DNA of 64,000 nt from Basidiobolus meristosporus CBS 931.73 (taxonomy: Eukaryota; Fungi; Basidiobolomycota): contig MCFE01000014.1 of NCBI GenBank assembly GCA_002104905.1, forward strand, positions 62,001 to 126,000, in the 5' to 3' direction. Numbering within the stretch: the first letter of the stretch is position 1; each line of letters opens with the position of its first letter. The notes under the pieces are model-generated. The model did not search any database. It worked only from the letters and a program-made list of their open reading frames with translations, and was not told the origin of the DNA. Of this stretch, positions 24,101 to 33,100 are shown piece after piece. The position numbers were made by a program, and so were the translations under genes.

Positions 24101-25128
24101 TGTAGTACTCTCCACTACAGAGGCAGAGTATATGACAACCTGTGAAGCAACAAAAGAAGCAATGTAGTCAAGAAAGCTTCTGATAGATTTCAACCTACAT
24201 CAAAAATTTCCATTAATTTATTTCAAGATAATTAAGGATGTATATAATTAAGTAGAAATCCAACTTTTCATGCCAGGACCAGCATGCAGATACTGGAGAT
24301 CATTTCATATGGGAAACTTAGACAATGACTTGTTTATCTCAGTTTACTGTCCTTCAGATGAAATGATTGCAGACATATTTACCCAACCATAAGCTAGAGA
24401 CAAGTTTGAATATCTTAGGTCAAAATTAGGACTAGTCAGTATGAACATTTAGCAGAGTGGGAGTGTTGTAAAAGTTTGTAATTCCGCCTAAATATTCACC
24501 TAACTTAGTCCCTCAGATCCTTACCTTCAATCCTGGAGAATACTGTCCAAATTCCTTGTTGGGACTTACTTTGAATAATTTTACCAAAATACCTTGTATC
24601 CAGGACATGAAAATTCACAAAGTTGTTCAAAGAGCTACAAGCTTTGCACACATGTTCTTGGTGTTGTAAGAGTCTTAGAGATATGGGAAGTAATTGGGAA
24701 TACAAGTAGATTATGTGGCTTTTACTTAATGACTTATTGAATGTAAAGCTAGCATTTATACTTTTACTGTCATGATCACATGACAACCATGAACACCCAT
24801 GCCAAGTTTCAGCTTCCTAGCTCAATTTCTAAGAGATTCCTTCTGGAACCTTCTACCACCTTCCAGAAAGTTCCTGAACATTTCAAACCATTGTTACACA
24901 ATGGAACATTCCATGGAAGCTTTCCATCATATTTTTTATAGTCCAGTACCATATATGGAAATACCAGGTCACATGACTTAGTCACATGATCAGGTGACCC
25001 AATCCATTTCCCCATTCTGTCTCAGTGCCGTGTCATCTATGTCATTACCCCCAGCACCATTGCTGTGCCTCACCCCACAACCCCATTAGTATTAGCTAAT
25101 ATCTCTTGGCATCAGTATAGCCAAAAAG

Positions 25129-25309
25129 TATATATAGTCCTATCCCCCCTTAAGTATTCCTCAGTCTGATAAACACGGGTCTTGAATAAACAGCCTTGCC
25201 TTGGAAATCCGCCTTGCCTTGTTGATCCACACCTAAGTCCTTTCCTGGTCCTGCCTTGCCTAGCTCTACTCTCCTGCCTTGTGTCTATTCATAACAGTTT
25301 TATCAGACT
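25129..25309 (+). promoter_or_regulatory. Chromovirus LTR promoter, inferred transcript 5' end and self-complementary PBS
   Basis: TATATA 25129-25136; AGTCTGATAAA 25163-25173 is the exact reverse complement of TTTATCAGACT 25299-25309 just after the LTR; AATAAA at ~25185. Confidence 0.8.
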
Positions 25310-25359
25310 CTCCTGACTTACCTGTGGATCCCTGCCTTCTGCCCAAAGTTTGAAGAAAA

Positions 25360-25679
25360 CTTGTAAAAGGAATACTCACCGTAAGTATCACCCATCATCT
25401 TTCCCTAGTCTTGTCCTATAAAGGCAAAGATACTTTATCTTTGTAAAACTATTGGTCAAAGCTACATTCACTTTATTACCCTGCTGGTGGAGTTTACAGT
25501 TGTTACAGTATTGGAAGCTTTAGTACAATACTCTATCAAAGGACGTTGAAACCAGTACCTTCTGAAGTGACGCTAACTTATTTAAGTTGGGGATTGTGGC
25601 TCAATAGTTGTATTCTTGACATACTAGTGGCTTTACAAACCCACAACCTAGTTTAGTATATTCTAGTATTCCTTGCAAG
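25360..25679 (+). ncRNA. Putative conserved structured RNA module in the retroelement 5' leader (also 17834-18160 + and 47634-47960 -)
   Basis: Conserved blocks and compensatory base changes between two gypsy lineages; GT splice-donor consensus at 25381; see findings. Confidence 0.6.
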
Positions 25680-25702
25680 TTCATCCGCCTTCCTCTGCTA
25701 CC

Positions 25703-26635
25703 ATGTCCAACCTAGAGCTGAACTTTGCCCAGCTCATGGCTGCCTTTACCCAACTGCAGCAAGACCATGCAGACCTCAGAAACACTCTTGCTCAGTTCCA
25801 GAACCAAAGTGTCCAGCAAACTAGCCATGTCCCAGTCTACCAAGAGCCCAAGTATACTCCTGCTACCAAGTTCAATGGCTCTCAGAATGAATTCCGTGGC
25901 TTCATCAATATGGTGAAGAACAATCTTGCACTCCAGCCCAACTGGTACCCCAATGACCAGGCCAAAGTTGGTTTCATCTCCAACCTGCTTACTGGTACAG
26001 CTCTCAAGTGGTTCTCCCCATTAGTGGAGACCAACTCTCCCCTCCTCAGAGACTACCAAGCTTTTCTCACTGAAATGGAGCTAGCATTTGGTAACCTTGA
26101 CCAAGCCAGAACTGCTGCCAACAAGATCAAGACCCTCAAGCAAGGGAACAAACCAGCATCAGTCTATGCCTCAGAATTCCGACAACTCTCCAGTGACCTC
26201 AGCTCCTGGGGTCAAGCAGCCTTGATTAGCCAATTCCAAGATGGCCTCAATGATGAAGTTTGTGATCTGCTACTCACACTCCCAGATCCGGATACATTGG
26301 TTGAAGCTATGCACCAAGCAATCCGGTGTGATAACAGACTATTCCAGAAGAAGCAAAAGAACCGTCAAAGACACATTCCTGTTGCAGTCCCAGCCCCTCC
26401 TGCTCCCCAAGTCACTCCAGATGATCCTATGCAGATTGATAGTGCCAAATACAAGAAACTATCAAAGAGTGAAAAGTCTAGACATCAACAAGCCAACCTC
26501 TGTCTATACTGTGGCCAATCAGGTCACTTTGCCAAATCCTGCCCCAACAAGAAGTCCAGCTTCAAGCTGATGCAGTCCTCCAGCAACCAACCTGATTCAG
26601 ATCTGTCGGGAAACTCCAATGTCCAGTTGCACTGA
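25703..26635 (+). CDS. gag: Chromovirus Gag (retrotransposon gag domain + CCHC zinc knuckle)
   Basis: ATG at 25703 in GCTACCATG context; [47 protein letters not shown]. Confidence 0.92.
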   Translation: MSNLELNFAQLMAAFTQLQQDHADLRNTLAQFQNQSVQQTSHVPVYQEPKYTPATKFNGSQNEFRGFINMVKNNLALQPNWYPNDQAKVGFISNLLTGTALKWFSPLVETNSPLLRDYQAFLTEMELAFGNLDQARTAANKIKTLKQGNKPASVYASEFRQLSSDLSSWGQAALISQFQDGLNDEVCDLLLTLPDPDTLVEAMHQAIRCDNRLFQKKQKNRQRHIPVAVPAPPAPQVTPDDPMQIDSAKYKKLSKSEKSRHQQANLCLYCGQSGHFAKSCPNKKSSFKLMQSSSNQPDSDLSGNSNVQLH

Positions 26636-29600
26636 CAGGCTTGCAACTGGACCCACCCATGAAAATCCAGCATATCCAAGAATCTTCCTTTGCCACAAAA
26701 TCTATCCAGTCCTTGAGAATGCCTGTCAAAATCCAGGTCCCTGACTCCAGTCCTGTCCCAGCCCTAGCCCTGATTGATTCCGGTGCTTCATCCTGTTTCA
26801 TTGACCAAGCCTTTGTCCAGAAGCACTCTATTCCTGTTACCTTGAAATCCTGTCCAGTCCAAGTAGAAGTTATTGATGGAAGATCACTCTCCTCTGGTGC
26901 CGTTACCCATGAAACATGCTTACTCCAGCTGTCCAGTACTGCCCACCAAGAAAGAATTGCCTTCAACATCATCAACTCACCACACTATCCTATTGTGCTT
27001 GGAAGCTCATGGCTGAGCTATCACAATCCAAGTATTGATTGGAAATCCAAGATCCTGTCATTCACCAGATCCCACCAAGTCAACTCCATGAAATCTCCAG
27101 ACCCTGATAACCGTGAAAAGACTGTTGCCAACAGTTCAACAGCCCAAGATACCTTGCCAGCTGAAGGAGCCCCCTCAGCAAACATACCAGCCAAGTACCA
27201 AGAGTTTGCCCATGTCTTTGACAAGAAGAAAGCAGAACTCCTCCCTGACCATTGGCCTTATGACTGCCCTATTGACCTTGAAGATGGAAAAGTCCCTCCA
27301 TTTGGCCCAATATATAACCTCTCCCAGCCGGAGTTGAAAGAACTCCATGGTTATATTGAAGAAAACCTCCAGAAGGGTTTTATTCAGCACTCCATATCAC
27401 CTGCTGGAGCCCCAATCCTCTTTGTCAAGAAGAAGGATGGCACACTCAGAATGTGTGTGGACTACCGTGCTTTGAATAAGATCACAGTCAAGAACCGCTA
27501 CCCCCTGCCCCTGATCAACACACTGTTGGATCAGCTATCTGCTGCCCAAGTCTTCACCAAGATTGACTTGAGAGGAGCTTACAATCTTGTCAGAATCAAG
27601 CCCGATGATGAATGGAAAACTGCCTTTCGCACAAGATATGGTCACTTTGAGTACAAAGTAATGCCATTTGGCCTCACCAATGCCCCTGCTGTGTTTCAAC
27701 ACCTCATGAATGACATATTCCGTGAATACCTTGACCATTTTGTGGTAATCTACCTTGATGATATTCTCATATACTCCAAGAGCCAAGATGAACATGATGA
27801 ACATGTCAAGAAAGTATTGAGAAAACTAGACTCTGCCGGTCTCTATGCCAAGCTAGAGAAGTGTGAATTTGACCAGAGAGAAGTGGAATTTCTTGGTTAT
27901 CTCATCAGCCCTGAGGGAACAAGAATGGACCCAAAGAAAGCTGACTCAGTCCAATCCTGGAAAACTCCAAGCTCAGTCAAGGAAGTACAATCCTTCCTGG
28001 GATTTGCCAACTTCTATTGCAGGTTCATAGCCAACTACTCCAAGATAATCACCCCTCTGACAAAGCTTACCCAGAAGAACACACCTTTTGCCTGGAATGA
28101 GGAGCAATCCAGCTCATTCAACCAACTCAAGAAATCTTTCCTGAAGGCCCCCCTGCTTGCCCACCCTGACCTTGAGAAGCAATTCATAGTGGAGACTGAT
28201 GCTTCTGATTTTGCCCTTGGTGCCATACTCTCCCAGTATGATGAGGACAATATGTTGCACCCCATTGCATTCTACTCTTGGAAGTTTTCCCCTGCAGAGA
28301 TCAACTATGATATCTATGATAAGGAGTTGCTTGCTATCATTGTAGCCTTTGAGCAATGGAGACACTACCTGGACGGTGCAAAACACAAAATCAAAGTCTG
28401 CTGTGACCATAAGAACCTTGAGTACTTTGCAACTTCCAAGGTACTAAACCGGAGACAAGCCAGATGGTCACTCTTCCTGTCCAGCTTTGACTTTACTATC
28501 ACCTATAGACCTGGTGCAAAGCAAGGAAAGCCTGATGCCCTGTCCAGAAAAAAGGAATATGCCCTGGAAGAGGGAGATGATGCCTGTCGGCAAATGGAAC
28601 ACCCATTGCTGAGCAAGAAACATTTTGAGATTCTTGCCACCCAGTCCTCAAGTCTTGTCATCCCTTCATTCTTAGTAAGGATATCAGAATCCCAAGCCTC
28701 TGATATGACTTCCAGCACTATCAAGAAATATCTGGAATCCCCAGTTGGGCCCCCTCCCAAGTTCCCAAACATCCAGAACCTGCATTTGGTAAACAACCTC
28801 ATCTACCACAAGCAGCAGCTTTATGTCCCAGACCTTGCCACCCAGCTAGACATCATTAAGTCTCGGCATGATTCAATGGCTGCAGGCCACTTTGGTACTG
28901 CCAAAACCTTGAATGCTATCAAAAGAGATTTCTGGTGGCCTAGAATGATAACGCTTATCAAAGAGTACATTCTGACTTGTGATATTTGCAACCATGCAAA
29001 ACCAGCCAGACACCAGCCCTATGGACTTCTTCAACCCCTGCCTATCCCAGAACACCAATGGAGATCTATATCTATGGACTTCATTACTGACCTCCCTGAG
29101 TCATGTGGCTTCAATGCTATACTTGTAGTGGCTGACCGGCTGACCAAGATGGCTCACTTTATCCCTTGCTGTAAGAACACTAATGCAAAAGAAACTGCTG
29201 CTTTAGTCCTGAAGAATATTTTCCGCCTTCATGATATCCCCAGTGATATTGTGTCAGATAGAGGCCCACAGTTTGTGTCCAAGTTTTGGAAACACTTCAT
29301 GCAATACCTTGGTGTTCAAGTCAAGCTCTCTACTGCCTTCCATCCACAGTCTGATGGCCAGACTGAAAGAATCAACCAGATTCTAGAGCAATACCTCCGG
29401 TGCTATATCAATTACCAGCAAGACAATTGGGTTGATCTACTCCCTGTTGCTGAGTTTGCCTACAACAACTCAAGCCATAGTGCAACCGGTTTTACACCAT
29501 TCTATGCAAACTATGGATTCCACCCTCAGTTTGATATCCAGATTCCAACAGACCCAATGAGCCCACATGCGGCTGAACATGCCCAAGCAATCCAGGACAT

Positions 29601-30156
29601 CCAGAACACCCTCAAGGAAGAGCTATCCTTAGTTCAGGAAATCTACAAGAAAGTTGCCAATCTAAAACAGCATCCCAGCCCTGATCTTAATGAAGGAGAT
29701 TTTGTATGGTTGCTCAGAAGAAACATCAGCACCAACCGCCCTTGTGACAAGTTGGATTTCAAGAAACTTGGTCCCTTCAAAATCAAGAAGAAGCTTAGCC
29801 CTATAGTATATCAGCTACAGTTACCAGCAAGTATGAAAATCCATGATACTTTCCATGTGTCCCTCCTGGAGCCGTATTGTAGGAACACATTGCCAAACCG
29901 GCAAGAAGCAAAGCCCCAAGCCATCCAGGTTGACCAACATCAAGAATTTGAAGTTAAACAGATTCTGGACTCCAAGTATATCCGGTCAAAGCTGTACTAC
30001 TTAGTAGACTGGATTGGTTATGATCCAAGTGACCAAACATGGGAACCAGCTACCCATCTCACTAATTGTCAAGATCTAGTTACCCAGTTCCACCAACAAT
30101 ATCCTGCAAAACCTGCCCCAAAGGGAAACAGAGCTTTGCCTGGAAGAGGAGAATAG
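26596..30156 (+). CDS. pol: Chromovirus Pol (PR-RT-RH-IN-chromodomain), -1 frame relative to gag, no own ATG before the protease
   Basis: ALIDSGA; YLDDILIYS; [21 protein letters not shown]; HHCC zinc finger, [19 protein letters not shown]; GPFKI; chromodomain [27 protein letters not shown]. Frame open from 26596. Confidence 0.95.
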   Translation, partial: FRSVGKLQCPVALTGLQLDPPMKIQHIQESSFATKSIQSLRMPVKIQVPDSSPVPALALIDSGASSCFIDQAFVQKHSIPVTLKSCPVQVEVIDGRSLSSGAVTHETCLLQLSSTAHQERIAFNIINSPHYPIVLGSSWLSYHNPSIDWKSKILSFTRSHQVNSMKSPDPDNREKTVANSSTAQDTLPAEGAPSANIPAKYQEFAHVFDKKKAELLPDHWPYDCPIDLEDGKVPPFGPIYNLSQPELKELHGYIEENLQKGFIQHSISPAGAPILFVKKKDGTLRMCVDYRALNKITVKNRYPLPLINTLLDQLSAAQVFTKIDLRGAYNLVRIKPDDEWKTAFRTRYGHFEYKVMPFGLTNAPAVFQHLMNDIFREYLDHFVVIYLDDILIYSKSQDEHDEHVKKVLRKLDSAGLYAKLEKCEFDQREVEFLGYLISPEGTRMDPKKADSVQSWKTPSSVKEVQSFLGFANFYCRFIANYSKIITPLTKLTQKNTPFAWNEEQSSSFNQLKKSFLKAPLLAHPDLEKQFIVETDASDFALGAILSQYDEDNMLHPIAFYSWKFSPAEINYDIYDKELLAIIVAFEQWRHYLDGAKHKIKVCCDHKNLEYFATSKVLNRRQARWSLFLSSFDFTITYRPGAKQGKPDALSRKKEYALEEGDDACRQMEHPLLSKKHFEILATQSSSLVIPSFLVRISESQASDMTSSTIKKYLESPVGPPPKFPNIQNLHLVNNLIYHKQQLYVPDLATQLDIIKSRHDSMAAGHFGTAKTLNAIKRDFWWPRMITLIKEYILTCDICNHAKPARHQPYGLLQPLPIPEHQWRSISMDFITDLPESCGFNAILVVADRLTKMAHFIPCCKNTNAKETAALVLKNIFRLHDIPSDIVSDRGPQFVSKFWKHFMQYLGVQVKLSTAFHPQSDGQTERINQILEQYLRCYINYQQDNWVDLLPVAEFAYNNSSHSATGFTPFYANYGFHPQFDIQIPTDPMSPHAAEHAQAIQDIQNTLKEELSLVQEIYKKVANLKQHPSPDLNEGDFVWLLRRNISTNRPCDKLDFKKLGPFKIKKKLSPIVYQLQLPASMKIHDTFHVSLLEPYCRNTLPNRQEAKPQAIQVDQHQEFEVKQILDSKYIRSKLYYLVDWIGYDPSDQTWEPATHLTNCQDLVTQFHQQYPAKPAPKGNRALPGRGE
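26608..26652 (+). promoter_or_regulatory. -1 programmed ribosomal frameshift signal
   Basis: Slippery heptamer G GGA AAC (26608-26614) in gag phase, 6-nt spacer, perfect 11-bp stem GTCCAGTTGCA (26621-26631) / TGCAACTGGAC (26642-26652). Confidence 0.88.
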
Positions 30157-33100
30157 TGTCATGATCACATGACAACTATGAACACCCATGCCAAGTTTCA
30201 GCTTCCTAGCTCAATTTCTAAGAGATTCCTTCTGGAACCTTCTACCACCTTCCAGAAAGTTCCTGAACATCTCAAACCATTGTTACACAATGGAACATTC
30301 CATGGAAGCTTTCCATCATATTTTTTATAGTCCAGTACCATATATGGAAATACCAGGTCACATGACTTAGTCACATGATCAGGTGACCCAATCCATTTCC
30401 CCATCCTGTCTCAGTGCCGTGTCATCTATGTCATTACCCCCAGCACCATTGCTGTGCCTCACCCCACAACCCCATTAGTATTAGCTAATATCTCTCAGCA
30501 TCAGTATAGCCAAAAAGTATATATAGTCCTATCCCCCCTTAAGTATTCCTCAGTCTGATAAACACAGGTCTTGAATAAACAGCCTTGCCTTGGAAATCCG
30601 CCTTGCCTTGTTGATCCACACCTAAGTCCTTTCCTGGTCCTGCCTTGCCTAGCTCTACTCTCCTGCCTTGTGTCTATTCATAACATTTACATGGTATTGC
30701 ATTACAGACATGTAGAATAGGTTAAGGAAGCTCCCAAGAGCATGTGTGCAAAGTGTGGGGCTGATTGGACAACTTATCTAATTTCATGGTATGGGTACCT
30801 GGCATTTTGGTGAGAATAATCTAAGTAAATCCTGACAAGGAATTTGGTCAGTATTCTTTAGGATTTGAAGGTTATGATCTAAGTGACTTAATTAGGTGAA
30901 TATTTAGGTGGAATTAAAAATCTTTACAACACTCCCACTTAGCTAAATGCTCATACTAACTACTCTGCACTTTGACCTAAGATACTCAAACTTGTCTCTA
31001 GCAAATGGTTTTGTAAATATGTCTGCAATCATTTCATTTGCAGGACAGCAAACTAAGCTAACTAAGTTATTCTCTATAGCTTCACATATGAAATGATGTC
31101 TTATATCTATGTGCTGAGTTCTAGCATAAAAAGTTAGATTTCTACTTAATTGTATATATCCTTGATTATCTTGAAATAAAGTAATAGGTGTATTTTGACA
31201 TATGCCTAAATCTATAAAAAGCTTTCTTAACCACATTGCTTCTTTTGTAGCTTCACAGGCTGCCATGTACTCTGCCTCTGTGGAAGAAAGTGCTATGGTT
31301 GGTTGCCCTCTTGAGTTCCATGAAATTGCTCCTTGACAGTGAAGAAAGGTGTATCCTGTGGTGGATCTTCTGTCTTCTAAATTATGTCCTCAATCAGCAT
31401 CAGAGTATCCTGCAGGATCCTGATCTGAATCCTTATAAGTGTATCTTCAGCAGATATCAGTAGTTCTTTTTGGATATCTAAAAATCCGCTTAACTACTGC
31501 AGTATGATCTGATCCATAGTTCTGATTATGCTGGCTGACAACTCCCACTGAATATGAGATATCTGGATGTGTTCCAAGCATGACATATATCAGACTGCCA
31601 ACCATAGATTGATAAGGAAAGTCAGGGTTTGCAGAGGGCACCAAGCTCTCTTGATTTGGTTGACTTTTGACCAAATCAATGTTTCTCTCCAATGGGGTAG
31701 CTGCCGGTTTACAGTCTTCCATTTCATGTTTTCTTGGTATATCCTGAATATGCTTGGATGGCTTAGGGTGATAGTCTGGGTACTTCTGTCTATGGAGAAC
31801 TTTATACATAAGTAGTAACTGAGTTCTCCTAGATTGGACATCTTGAACTCTTTAGATAGGCTGGATTTAGTCTCTTCCAATGATGCTAGGTTATTGGTGG
31901 CTACAATAAGATCATCCACATATAGAGCTAATAGAACTGGATTTGTTCTATCTGGCTTATAGTATTTGCTATTGTCAGCCTTACTCCTTTTAAACTCAAA
32001 GATCCCAAATAAGAATGTATCTTGCAGTAGCAGGCTTTTGGTGATTGTTTGAAGCCCTATAGAGATTTTTAAGCTTGCAGACCAAATGGGGGCTATCTTG
32101 GTCAACAAACCTCTCTGACTGGCCAATACACACATCCTCATCAAGTTCTCCATTCAAAAATGCAGCTTTTACATCTATTTGATGAATAAATAACTTGTAT
32201 TTGGCTGCAATAGCTAACATCAATCTGATGGAGTTAAAGTTGGCTACCAGTGCTGAGGTCTCAGTATAGCCAAGTCCTTTTGTTTGAGAGTATCTTTTGG
32301 CCACAAGTCTTGCTTTGAATCTTTCAATTGAATCATCAACATTGTACTTTGTCTTAAAGACCCATCTGCATCCAATTGATTTTTGGTTGATTGGTAATTT
32401 GACTAAGTCCCAAGCTTGATTTTCCATCAGGGCCTGATATTCCTCTGGCATTGCAGATCTCCAAAACTTTGTCTGAGGGCTATTTGGGGCCTCTTTTACA
32501 GTCAGGTGCTCATCAATATGGACTGAATAGGCATAGGCTAAGTTTGTACCCTCATTGATGTAGTAACTTGGGCTATTTCTTGTGTGGTTGAAACTTCTGG
32601 CATTTGATACTGAAATGATCACTTCTGGGATATTCCTAAGTACTGATTCTGGCTGAACCACAGTTGTACAGATCTCTGGAGTGAAAAAACTTTCATTACT
32701 TAGCTCTGATTCAATCCTGGCTATTGGTGGACTTGAGATCAAATTTTCATCATCAACATCTGATGTCATTTCATGTAAATATCTTGAATTTTGATCAAAC
32801 AACTCATCCCTGGACTTGGTCAGCTTCTTTGCTTTAGTATTATAGAGTCAGTAAGCCTTACTCTCATTGCAGCAGCTCAAAAATATGCATTTTACACTAT
32901 TTCACTGAAATTTTGACTGATATCCAGGCAGTTTTTTGGCATATGCTGTACACCCAAATATTCTTAGATGTTCTGCACTTTATCTGTAGCCATACCATGC
33001 TTTAAATGGAGTAGAATCACAAAGTATTCTGTTATACTCCAATTGTTAAGGTATACAGCAGTGGCAACTGATTCCACCCAAAAATTATAGGATAATCTTT

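Larger units (their letters stand above)
24768..30685 (+). mobile_element. Full-length chromodomain Ty3/gypsy (chromovirus, Tf1/sushi-like), 5918 bp
   Basis: 529-bp LTRs 24768-25296 and 30157-30685 (TG..CA, 6 differences); 5-bp TSD TTTAC (24763-24767 / 30686-30690); PPT GGAAGAGGAGAATAG; gag and pol ORFs uninterrupted. Confidence 0.97.

Noticed and set aside
24799-25015. Short ORFs duplicated at 24799-25015 and 30188-30404, and other small ORFs across 10.6-64 kb
   Set aside because: They lie within LTRs or antisense to TE genes and have no recognisable motifs; not host genes.
25446-25612. Group I intron or known small ribozyme (TGCTGG/CCAGCA resembles P4; GTACATT resembles hairpin ribozyme loop B)
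   Set aside because: No P7 (GACUA/UAGUC) or adjacent P3; no hammerhead CUGANGA/GAAA core; the hairpin-like motif is not conserved in the second family.
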